Positions 38,665 to 47,205 of a DNA stretch of 64,000 nt are shown here, in pieces; position 1 is the first letter of the stretch; each line of letters opens with the position of its first letter. The stretch spans positions 13,501 to 77,500 of the forward strand of contig CAZRWF010000003.1 in assembly GCA_964603685.1 (NCBI GenBank). The letters run 5' to 3'. Source of the DNA: an uncultured Chitinophagaceae bacterium. Its GTDB lineage: Bacteria > Bacteroidota > Ignavibacteria > UBA10030 > UBA8401. A model generated the notes under the pieces. The model saw nothing but the letters and a program-made list of their open reading frames with translations, was not told the DNA's origin and did not search any database. The translations under genes and the position numbers were made by a program.

Positions 38665-40446
38665 TCATTTTTGGAGCACCATCTTTTTCGTCTGCACAAA
38701 ATTTCCCGAAATAATGCGGTAGAGATACACACCGCTGGAGAGGTTCGATCCGGTAAATTGGTACGTGTGTGTTCCGGCCGTCAGTGTCCCATCCACCACC
38801 GTCGTGATCTCGCGGCCGAGCAGGTCGTAGATCTTTACGGTCGTCCGCTCCGCCCGTGCGAGCGTGAACCGGATGGTGGTGGAAGGATTGAACGGATTGG
38901 GATAATTCTGTTCCAGCGCGAAAGTGAACGGCGACCGTTGTTCGTCTTCAACGCCGGTGACGGTGACCGATATTTTTGCCGTGGGATTGCTCTCGTTGTG
39001 TAGTTTATCGAACGACGTGACAACGTACGAATACGACGAACCGGTCAATGCACTGTTGTCGGTGAACCGCGTGGTGTCGTTAAGCGTCACATGGATGAGT
39101 TGACGAATGTCGTTCACATTCACGGTATCCGGCGCCTTGGCACGGTAGACCGCAAAATAATGCGACGTGTCGGCGTCTGCTGCCGTCCCTCCCCGCTGCC
39201 ATTGCAGTTGTACGCTGTTGGACGACGTGGTGGCCGCCAGGTTTACCGGTGCGAGCGGCAGCGCATTGTCCAGCCAGGACATGGTGGGATGCAGCGCCCG
39301 GTATTTGAACTGATTGTTCCGAAGCGAATCTTGGATCCCCTTCAGATTATTGGTGACGGATTTGGAACTGAAAGCGACAAAACCGAGCGCACGGCTGTTC
39401 ACTCTGTTCAATTCGATCTGATTTTGAATCTCCGAAGCGGGCCAGTTGCTTTCGGAGGCCGAAAGACGGTAAACGGCGTTGCCGGAATATAAATGGCGGC
39501 CGTTGAGCTGCGTGTTCCACCACGGCATCAGTTTGGAATAATCCTGCCCGCCGCCGATGATCCAATACATTTGCGGAGTGATGTAGTCCACTTTCTGGTT
39601 TTGCAGCCAGTTCAACGCGTCGCAATAGATGGCAGAATATGCATCCAGTCCGGTCACTCCCGCCGGCGTGCCGCTTTTCCAGATGCCGAACGGACTGACG
39701 CCGAACTTCACCCACTTTTTCACCGATTTGATGCTGTCGTGCACCATGGCGATGAATTTGTTTACATTGTTCCGGCGCCAATCACCGATATTGGTGAATC
39801 CTCCGGAAAAATTGGCGAAGGTCGCGCTGTCTTGCTTCGCCATTCCGCCGTACGGATAAAAATAGTCGTCAAAATGGACGCCGTCGATGTTATACCGCCG
39901 GACCACATCCATGATCACACTCGTGGAATATTTCTGCACATCGGGAATGCCCGGATCGAGCAGTTTGTAGGGACTGCTGCCGTAAGTGATGACCCACTCC
40001 GGTTTGGTTTTGGAGATATGCGAAGAATGGACGCTGCTGCCGGCGGAGACCACCGCACGGTACGGATTAAACCACGCGTGTAATTCCATTCCTCTCTTAT
40101 GCGCTTCTTCAATCCAATACTGCAGCGGATCATAATACGAACTGAGGTTCCCCCCCTGCGTGCCGACCAGATATTCGGAGAGCGGTTCCAGCCCCCCCTG
40201 ATATATCGCATCGCACGACGGGCGAACCTGCAGCAGGATCGCGTTGATATTGTTTAACTTATGTTTATCGAGAATCGACACCACTTCCGCTTTTTGCGCA
40301 GTGGTAGTGAGACTCTTGCTGGAAGGCCAATCAATATTGGAAACGGTGGCGACCCATGCAGCACGGAATTCGCGTTTCGGCGGATTCGTCTGCGCGGTGA
40401 GTAAAATTGAAGCACAAACAAAAAAAATGGTAAAGATTTTTTTCAT
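38665..40446 (-). CDS. Glycoside-hydrolase-like family 10 (GHL10/DUF187, YngK-like) protein with T9SS C-terminal sorting domain
   Basis: 593 aa; signal peptide; TIM-barrel-like GHL10 region (VDYITPQMYWIIGGGQDYSKL); C-terminal ~80 aa KIYDLLGREITTVVDG...GVYLYRIISGNFVQTKKMVLQK is a canonical Por/T9SS CTD. Confidence 0.8.
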   Translation of the reverse strand: MKKIFTIFFVCASILLTAQTNPPKREFRAAWVATVSNIDWPSSKSLTTTAQKAEVVSILDKHKLNNINAILLQVRPSCDAIYQGGLEPLSEYLVGTQGGNLSSYYDPLQYWIEEAHKRGMELHAWFNPYRAVVSAGSSVHSSHISKTKPEWVITYGSSPYKLLDPGIPDVQKYSTSVIMDVVRRYNIDGVHFDDYFYPYGGMAKQDSATFANFSGGFTNIGDWRRNNVNKFIAMVHDSIKSVKKWVKFGVSPFGIWKSGTPAGVTGLDAYSAIYCDALNWLQNQKVDYITPQMYWIIGGGQDYSKLMPWWNTQLNGRHLYSGNAVYRLSASESNWPASEIQNQIELNRVNSRALGFVAFSSKSVTNNLKGIQDSLRNNQFKYRALHPTMSWLDNALPLAPVNLAATTSSNSVQLQWQRGGTAADADTSHYFAVYRAKAPDTVNVNDIRQLIHVTLNDTTRFTDNSALTGSSYSYVVTSFDKLHNESNPTAKISVTVTGVEDEQRSPFTFALEQNYPNPFNPSTTIRFTLARAERTTVKIYDLLGREITTVVDGTLTAGTHTYQFTGSNLSSGVYLYRIISGNFVQTKKMVLQK

Positions 40447-40730
40447 TGAACACTATACGTGATGAGTAAAAATGATGATGAATCTGTCAATAATGTAGCG
40501 GATAAACGATAGGAAATCAATACGGGCCGTCACACAACCGGATTCATACATGATGGAGGCAGCGATTTTTTCGTTTTTTGGCGGCTCTCAAAATCGAAAT
40601 GTATAATTATTCAAAAATATTTTCCGAATGGTGCGTGATGAGCGTGTGGGGAGAACAATGGAGGGGTTTACGAAATCATGAATTGAATTCCGGATTTCGT
40701 GATGCGAATGATGGAGACGGTGTACTCGTT

Positions 40731-41243
40731 TTATCGCTGCAAACGTTTCAGTAACTGAATCTGTCCGGCGTGGTAGATGTCGTGCATGGCGATGCCGGTA
40801 ATGGTTTGCCGATGAGTGAACTTGCTTCCGCGGGGAAACTTCGAAAGATCCGCGTCCGAGAGCTCCAACACCGCAGACACCAACTGATCGTGCATATCGT
40901 CCAGCAACAGAAGATCGCGTTTCCATGCCGCAGCCGAACGATCCTGCGGCCGCGGGAAAAAATTACTTCCTTTTATTGGAAAAGAACCGTGCTGCTCGTT
41001 CGTTATTCGCCGGCGGACGATATATTTCCAGTAGGCGCAATGAACGGTCAATTCCCAGATGTTATGCCGTTGCGGGGCTGGCCGCCAGCAGAGCTGGTCC
41101 ATGGTCAGGCCGCGAACGGAACCCCGCAGGTTTGTTCCGTGCCAGGATTGTTTTCGATAAGATTCCTCGAGCTGTTCGAGGAGCAGTGCTACCGCATTGG
41201 ATTTCGGCATTGTACGTTCCTTCTGTTCAGTGAGACTGTGCAA
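40731..41243 (-). CDS. DinB/YfiT-family (four-helix-bundle metal-binding) protein
   Basis: 170 aa; DinB_2-like His positions incl. C-terminal MHDIYHAGQIQLLKR. Confidence 0.65.
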   Translation of the reverse strand: MHSLTEQKERTMPKSNAVALLLEQLEESYRKQSWHGTNLRGSVRGLTMDQLCWRPAPQRHNIWELTVHCAYWKYIVRRRITNEQHGSFPIKGSNFFPRPQDRSAAAWKRDLLLLDDMHDQLVSAVLELSDADLSKFPRGSKFTHRQTITGIAMHDIYHAGQIQLLKRLQR

Positions 41244-41305
41244 TCAATCTGCCGATCGCCGGCAACAAAAATATCCGGAAAATCGGTCTGCAGCTCCGCT
41301 GCAAT

Positions 41306-42643
41306 CTATTTTTCCGCGCTCTCCTCGCTGTCCGCGTCATGCTGTTGTTTTCGTTTCCAATACCAAAAAGCGGGTAGTCCGGAAAAAATCAACAGCAGCC
41401 CGACCGCGGCATCACCCGGGCTTTCCACAATGGTGTTTATTACAAGTCCGGCCGCGAAGAGTATAAACACCGCCGGCGTGAAAGGATATCCGACGGTGCG
41501 GTACGGACGTTCCATTGCGGGATGTTTTTTTCTCAAGATGATGACTGCCCCACAGGACAGTGCGTAAAATATCCAAATCGCAAAGACGATGTACGTGATC
41601 AGCTGCTCGAACGTGCCGAGCCAGACGAGGACGCATGCCCATACGCATTGTGCAACGAGTGCAATCACGGGTGTGCGTGCCACGGCGTGAATCTGCGCCA
41701 TCGGCGGAAAGAAGAGACGTTCTTTCGCCATCGCATAATATATCCGGGGAGCGGTAAAAACAAAAGCATTGTTCGCACCGAACATGGACACCATGATGGC
41801 AATGACCACTCCCCCGGCGCCGGCAGTCCCCAGCATCACCACCGCCGCATCCGAAGCGACGAGGTCCGACGACCGCATCTGTTCCGGCGTCAGCACCATC
41901 AGGAAAGCAAAGTTCACCGCCAGATATAATACGATCACGATAATCGTGGAAAGAAAGAGTGCCCGCGGGATCGTCTTCTCCGGTTCGGCAATTTCGCCGG
42001 CCACAAAACTGAGGTCGACCCAGCCGTCGTACGCCCATAATATCGCGATCATCGCTAATCCGAACGACGGAACCGTGGCCGACCATTCCCACGTTGAGGA
42101 GACCATTCCGCCGGAGAACCATATTCCTCCCGCGGCGATCGCCAACAGAGCCCCCATTTTGAGAAACGTGAGCACATTTTGAACGCCGATGCCGAATTCT
42201 GTCCCGACGGCATTGATGAACGTCAACACAATGATCGATCCCGTGGCGATCAATTTAATTTCGACATCGGAAAGAGGGAAAAAAAATCCCAGATACTGCG
42301 CCGCGCCGACCGCCACAGCGGCAATGGAGGCGGTCATAATCACCGTGAAGGATGCCCACCCGGAAAGAAATCCCCATACGTCGCCGTACGTTTTTTTCAA
42401 ATAGACATATTGTCCCCCCGCAAAGGGCATCATCGCGCCGAGTTCGGCAAAGGAGAGGGCGCCGCACAGACTGACAATCCCGCCGACAACCCAGGCGATA
42501 AGGATTTCCGCCGGAGAGTGCAGCGAAACCGCCACGGCGGCCGGTACAATAAAAATACCGGAGCCGATCATGCTACCGACGTTCAGCATCGTCGCATCGA
42601 GAAGGGTTAAACGTCGGGGAAGGTCCGGCTGACTGTTGGTCAC
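41306..42643 (-). CDS. APC-superfamily amino-acid/polyamine permease; predicted GTG start overlapping the Rieske gene stop (GTGA)
   Basis: ORF track extends to 42793, but that extension lies inside the Rieske CDS. GTG at 42643..42641 gives (M)TNSQPDLPRRLTLLDATMLNVGSMIGSGIF, a typical APC N-terminus, followed by 12 TM helices. Confidence 0.8.
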   Translation of the reverse strand: MTNSQPDLPRRLTLLDATMLNVGSMIGSGIFIVPAAVAVSLHSPAEILIAWVVGGIVSLCGALSFAELGAMMPFAGGQYVYLKKTYGDVWGFLSGWASFTVIMTASIAAVAVGAAQYLGFFFPLSDVEIKLIATGSIIVLTFINAVGTEFGIGVQNVLTFLKMGALLAIAAGGIWFSGGMVSSTWEWSATVPSFGLAMIAILWAYDGWVDLSFVAGEIAEPEKTIPRALFLSTIIVIVLYLAVNFAFLMVLTPEQMRSSDLVASDAAVVMLGTAGAGGVVIAIMVSMFGANNAFVFTAPRIYYAMAKERLFFPPMAQIHAVARTPVIALVAQCVWACVLVWLGTFEQLITYIVFAIWIFYALSCGAVIILRKKHPAMERPYRTVGYPFTPAVFILFAAGLVINTIVESPGDAAVGLLLIFSGLPAFWYWKRKQQHDADSEESAEK

Positions 42644-43752
42644 AGCGATGGAGAGATTTGGTGATTGTTTACTGCGGCGGCGTATGTACGTTTTAATAAC
42701 GATTGAAAATGATAGACACCCTGTTCCGTTTCGGGTGAAAATCGTCCGGTCGTGTATGCATCGGATTCCAGTCCGCGCTGCACATGTTCGCAAATTTCGA
42801 CGTCTTCCACTTGAACGGTGTGACTGTACTCCACATCCTTCAACGCCCGCTCTTCCGCAGCAGGCGAAGCGACATCGTCATAATAAAAATCGAAAATCAC
42901 GCGGCAGGTATTGTGCGACGTCGGCACCACAATGTTGGTTTGGAGCCGTCCGGGAAGGATATTTAACATGAAGTTCGGGTAGAGGAAGTAATAAAATGCA
43001 TTGCCGGTGCCGTAGACCGTATCGTTTTCTTTCAGCGGACTGTATTGCAGGGAGTACGATTCGGCGGTTTCCGTCACGTATTCCTGCAGATCCAACAGGT
43101 CGCATAACTCGGGGTGGACGTACGGCACATGGTATCCTTCCAGATAATTGTCCACGTACGCCTTCCAGTTGCATCGAACATCGTAGATCTTTCGCCGGGA
43201 GAATTTTTTGGCCGCCAAGGATTCGGGGAATATCCGTTCGGAAATTCCCGCGGCATGGCGTGCAAACGGCGTGTTGTTTTCTTTCAGTGATACGAAGAGG
43301 AGTCCCTCCCACTCATCGAGAGCGATCGGGAACAGACCGAAGTCTTTTTTATCAAAAAGATCAACGCGGTTGAACCGGGGCGTTCCGCGGAGACTTCCGT
43401 CGAGCAGATAGGTCCAGCCGTGGTACTTGCACTGCAATACCGACGACCGGCAATCTTCCGTGGCAAGCGGACCGCCGCGGTGACGGCAGACGTTGTAAAA
43501 CGCGCGAATCTGTCCGTCGTTTCCTTTAACCGCAATGACGGGATTACCGGCAACGGTCGCAATGATCTGGTCACCGGGTTCGGTGAGCCGCGATCGGTGT
43601 CCGATATAATGCCAGTGGGTGGAAAAAAGGTGATGCTTTTCGAAGTGATGGACTGCTTCGTCGTGATAGAATCGGGAAGGAAGGGTTTCCGCACGTTCGA
43701 TCGGATGAATAAACAATTCTTCCGGCGATATGCGAAGCGCGGTGCCGCTCAT
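42640..43752 (-). CDS. Rieske [2Fe-2S] non-heme iron oxygenase alpha subunit (choline monooxygenase / GbcA / CntA-like)
   Basis: 370 aa; Rieske motif CRHRGGPL...CKYHGW; mononuclear Fe motif NYLEGYHVPYVHP; ATGA overlap with the upstream gene. Confidence 0.85.
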   Translation of the reverse strand: MSGTALRISPEELFIHPIERAETLPSRFYHDEAVHHFEKHHLFSTHWHYIGHRSRLTEPGDQIIATVAGNPVIAVKGNDGQIRAFYNVCRHRGGPLATEDCRSSVLQCKYHGWTYLLDGSLRGTPRFNRVDLFDKKDFGLFPIALDEWEGLLFVSLKENNTPFARHAAGISERIFPESLAAKKFSRRKIYDVRCNWKAYVDNYLEGYHVPYVHPELCDLLDLQEYVTETAESYSLQYSPLKENDTVYGTGNAFYYFLYPNFMLNILPGRLQTNIVVPTSHNTCRVIFDFYYDDVASPAAEERALKDVEYSHTVQVEDVEICEHVQRGLESDAYTTGRFSPETEQGVYHFQSLLKRTYAAAVNNHQISPSL

Positions 43753-44951
43753 TTTGCCGCCAATCGGCCTTCCACTGCCGCGACGAGTAATTCCACGTCG
43801 ATCGGCTTGGGAAGCGTCAGATCGAAGCCCATGCGCAGAGCGGCGCGCGCGATTTTATTGTTGTTCACCTCCGCCACAAAAAAGAACGGCACATTCTTCA
43901 ACGACGGATGCTCCTGCACTTTTTTGTAAAAACCGAAGCCGTCCAAAGAGCCGGTGGGGAACCGCGCTTCGCAGATGATCAACTTCGGAAATTGTTTCAG
44001 CATCATCTGCAGCGCATCTTCCGCGCGGGAGGTCGCGATGACCTCGTAATTTCTTTGCTGCAGTGCCCGCATCATATTAACTAATTCCGCTTTGTCCGGT
44101 TCAACGATCAAAATGCGTGCTTTCGGCTGCAGCCCCTTTTTTGCTTCTTGGACGATATGTTCGATCGTCAGGTGTTCGTCCGGCGTGATACCGTACCGCC
44201 GGCGCATCATATCCAACACCTGCCGTTCCATTTCGGTAATGACCCCGTCCTTCCACGCGAGACGCAGCGCATCCACGTACGATTCGATCTTCACCTTTTT
44301 TTCGATGACGGCATGTTCTTCATCCGTGATTCCGAATGTCTCGCGGATCAACCGCAATTCCTGCTCTTCCTCTTCCGTCACTTTCCCGTCGAACCAGGCC
44401 TCTTTCATCGTTTCTTCATACATCAACAGGCTTCCGCGATCCAGTTGCAACGGCGAAGTTTCGGCAACGGCGGTTTTTTTCGGCGCCATCGCATTGGAAA
44501 AGATCTTTTGTCCTTCTTGCTGCTGCAATAACATCAACTGTTCGATCCGGTCGGAGTAGGCTTTCGCAAAATGATTTCCCGGGTCGATCTTATAAACTTC
44601 TGCGATCTTTTTTAACGCTTCATCATATTCGTGCTTGGCGATCAGCTGTTCCGCCGCCGAGAACATCTGTGTGATGAGCTGCATGATTTCTTCTTGACTC
44701 AGCGTCGGTGTTTCTTCTTTGGGCGCATTCTGTTTTTGAATGAGCATCACCCTCTGCTGAAAAGATCGGGCAAGGGCGTGTTTCGGATCAATTGTCAGCG
44801 CCTTTTTGATCTCCGCCAGTGCGCCGTCGTAATTTTTTGCCCGGGCCATCTCGTCCGCAAAGCGCAGATGTTTTGAGATGATCTCTTTTTGCTGATCGGC
44901 AGGCGAAGCGGTTGGTTTATTTCCAAACATATTGTTCTTTTCCCCAATCAA
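43749..44951 (-). CDS. TPR-like + tandem TerB-like repeat protein with C-terminal atypical receiver domain (Glu at the acceptor position)
   Basis: 400 aa; two TerB/DjlA-N-like repeats (EAWFDGKVTEEEEQELRLIRETFGITDEEH / LAWKDGVITEMERQVLDMMRRRYGITPDEH); C-terminal CheY-like fold ILIVEPD...KLIICEARFPTGSLDGF...LPKP with E/C where the phospho-Asp is expected. Confidence 0.55.
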   Translation of the reverse strand: MIGEKNNMFGNKPTASPADQQKEIISKHLRFADEMARAKNYDGALAEIKKALTIDPKHALARSFQQRVMLIQKQNAPKEETPTLSQEEIMQLITQMFSAAEQLIAKHEYDEALKKIAEVYKIDPGNHFAKAYSDRIEQLMLLQQQEGQKIFSNAMAPKKTAVAETSPLQLDRGSLLMYEETMKEAWFDGKVTEEEEQELRLIRETFGITDEEHAVIEKKVKIESYVDALRLAWKDGVITEMERQVLDMMRRRYGITPDEHLTIEHIVQEAKKGLQPKARILIVEPDKAELVNMMRALQQRNYEVIATSRAEDALQMMLKQFPKLIICEARFPTGSLDGFGFYKKVQEHPSLKNVPFFFVAEVNNNKIARAALRMGFDLTLPKPIDVELLVAAVEGRLAAK

Positions 44952-45002
44952 ATCGATGTTAATACCAATAAACTATTGAAACTCCATGCGAAACTCAACT
45001 GC

Positions 45003-45033
45003 AAAAATAACAACGCCGCATTTCTGCGGCGTT
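45003..45033 (-). terminator. Rho-independent terminator after the OMP gene 45061..46509
   Basis: Perfect AACGCCGCA-GAAA-TGCGGCGTT hairpin followed by GTTATTTTTGC on the minus strand. Confidence 0.7.
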
Positions 45034-45060
45034 CAATGCTTTCCCTGCGTAAAACCTTGC

Positions 45061-46509
45061 TCAAAAGCGGTAACTGACGGTCACATTCACGGCAACGGTG
45101 GAAACGGATTCTTCCATACGGGAGGCATTCGGCACCGCAGGATCGGTATAGTGATTGCGGAATGTCCGGAACGATCCGAACGCCGCGGCACCATCCAAGA
45201 CGACGTTGCGCTGCAGGAATAATCCGAATCCGCCGGTGATCGTCGTGTTATCAAAGGACGCCGGGTCGTTTTTGTACGGAGACGGACTTACGGAGTATCC
45301 GCCGCGAAGCTTTAGATCGGTGGAGGGTACGTCGAATTCTGCACCGATCCGGTAGCCGGTTGTTGCGCGGAAATTGGATTGCATCTGAATATTATTCTTT
45401 TCCAGTACCGGTTCGTCGGTGAATTCTGCCTGCGTCCAATCGCTGTACTCCACATCGGCCGAAACAAGAAATTCCTGTAAGAGATACAACGAAACACCGG
45501 CGCCGAGAGTCCACGGGGATGAAATACCGTATTCATTGGTCGCTGTCGCACTGTGTTTTCGCGCCGGATTGTTTCCGGACCAGGTCCCCGTCGCATCAAA
45601 AATGCTTTCTCCTTCATCCGTATAATTTTCGCGAACCTTTAAAGTGATCGGTCCTTTCGCCACTGCCCCGATGCGGAACCGTTCCGATCGGTACATCATT
45701 CCGAGATGCATGGCACTGCCGCTGATTTCGCCGGAGAGAAAGTTATCGACATAAAACCGGTGGTAACGAACAAAGGCGGAATCGGGTGAAAGACCGGCCG
45801 ATGCATTCGCATAAACATTGTTAACATCTTCTTCCAGGAAATTCCTCGTATAATCGTACATGCCGGAGAAGACATACAGCGAAACACCGAAGGAGATATT
45901 TTCTTCAATATCAATCGCCATGCTGATGGCCCATTGTCCGAGATTCCCCCCTTCTTGTGTCCTGCCCCGCTGTTGAACGTTCCCCGTGATGCTGGAGGCC
46001 GTTCCATTCGTGTCCGTTAAGTATGTTTGATACGCCAAATTAAAATCGGACCGGCCCTGATTCAAATAACTCCGGACAATGGAACTTTGCGTGTTAAATC
46101 CGCTGAACGTGGAGGCGGCCGAAAATTCGGAGATGCGATTGTATCCAAACGCAAAGACCAAACTTCCTCGATCGGTCGGAAACGGAAAAACAAATCCGAT
46201 ATTGTCGAGCGCGGTGGCGGAGGCGCTGGCGTTTTGTGTGGCGGAAATAAACGTGGCATCGTTCGAAGCGGAATAGTTCGAAATTCCTCCCATCACTTCC
46301 AGTCGCCGCAGTTGCGCCAATCCGGCCGGATTGCTGATCGATCCGCTGTAATCATCGGAGATGCCGAAATAGGCGTTTCCCATTCCCAACGAACGGGCGC
46401 CGGCGCCGTTACCGAGGCGCGTATATCGAATAATATCTTCGGAAAATTGCGCCGACAGCATTGCGGTACCGGCGGCGGTGAACAGTACAGCGGCAAAAAA
46501 TCTTTTCAT
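45061..46509 (-). CDS. Outer-membrane beta-barrel protein (FadL/OmpP1-like or PorV-like; family uncertain)
   Basis: 482 aa; signal peptide MKRFFAAVLFTAAGTAMLSAQ; alternating amphipathic beta-strand pattern; C-terminal ...VSYRF aromatic terminus typical of OM barrels. Confidence 0.55.
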   Translation of the reverse strand: MKRFFAAVLFTAAGTAMLSAQFSEDIIRYTRLGNGAGARSLGMGNAYFGISDDYSGSISNPAGLAQLRRLEVMGGISNYSASNDATFISATQNASASATALDNIGFVFPFPTDRGSLVFAFGYNRISEFSAASTFSGFNTQSSIVRSYLNQGRSDFNLAYQTYLTDTNGTASSITGNVQQRGRTQEGGNLGQWAISMAIDIEENISFGVSLYVFSGMYDYTRNFLEEDVNNVYANASAGLSPDSAFVRYHRFYVDNFLSGEISGSAMHLGMMYRSERFRIGAVAKGPITLKVRENYTDEGESIFDATGTWSGNNPARKHSATATNEYGISSPWTLGAGVSLYLLQEFLVSADVEYSDWTQAEFTDEPVLEKNNIQMQSNFRATTGYRIGAEFDVPSTDLKLRGGYSVSPSPYKNDPASFDNTTITGGFGLFLQRNVVLDGAAAFGSFRTFRNHYTDPAVPNASRMEESVSTVAVNVTVSYRF

Positions 46510-46523
46510 AATCGATCCGTAGT

Positions 46524-47204
46524 TTATCGCGGTCTGCTCCGGTCATCGCGTGTTCCTCCGTCCGTTCTGGTGCGCGTGGAAGATTCGTTCGATGAACCGG
46601 AACTATTCGAATTGCGGTCTGTGGTTGCTGCCGGCGTGGCGGTTGCCGGCGGTGCTGTGACCGTTGTTGTCGGCGGAGTCGACGCGGGCGGCGCGGAGGT
46701 TGAACCGCCGACGGGCGCCTGCGGTTGCGTATATGTGCCTGTGGATCTGCGGTCGTCGCGTGTCACTCCATCCGTGCGCGGACGGTCTGTTTCTCCGGCG
46801 GTCGAAGTAGGGGTTGACACAGCAGTCGAAACGGTTGGCGACCACCATGGATTCATCCGGCCCGGCGTGGAAGGCCAGTATGGATTGGGTTCCCGAACAT
46901 ATATTGAGCTCGTTTCCTCGCGCCATTGATGCGCTGCCAGGAGCGATCCGTTGTGCACCGTCCGGATTCCGTACAATCCCAGCTCTTCCGCTCTCTCATC
47001 CAATTCCACCACGCTGTGACACGACACGCACGATTGCTGGAAGTTCATCACCGAAGAATGATCGGTCCGGTGTTGCGACACGGTCGTGGCGGCACGTCGT
47101 GTTTGAATAAAATCGTGCGGACTCATCACTTTTGTATAACAGCCCGGCATCAATATTCCGGCGAACAGTACCGCGGATAATAATATTTTATTGGTTCCGT
47201 TCAC
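46524..47204 (-). CDS. Lipoprotein with a single CxxCH motif and a Pro/Thr-rich disordered tail carrying RTDGxTRD repeats
   Basis: ORF track (to 47369) overlaps the upstream gene; GTG 47204 lies 1 nt after the upstream stop and gives (M)NGTNKILLSAVLFAGILMPGC, a lipoprotein signal. Contains QQSCVSCHS; tail TPTSTAGETDRPRTDGVTRDD...TRTRTDGGTRDDRSRPR. Confidence 0.45.
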   Translation of the reverse strand: MNGTNKILLSAVLFAGILMPGCYTKVMSPHDFIQTRRAATTVSQHRTDHSSVMNFQQSCVSCHSVVELDERAEELGLYGIRTVHNGSLLAAHQWREETSSIYVREPNPYWPSTPGRMNPWWSPTVSTAVSTPTSTAGETDRPRTDGVTRDDRRSTGTYTQPQAPVGGSTSAPPASTPPTTTVTAPPATATPAATTDRNSNSSGSSNESSTRTRTDGGTRDDRSRPR

Positions 47205-47205
47205 G

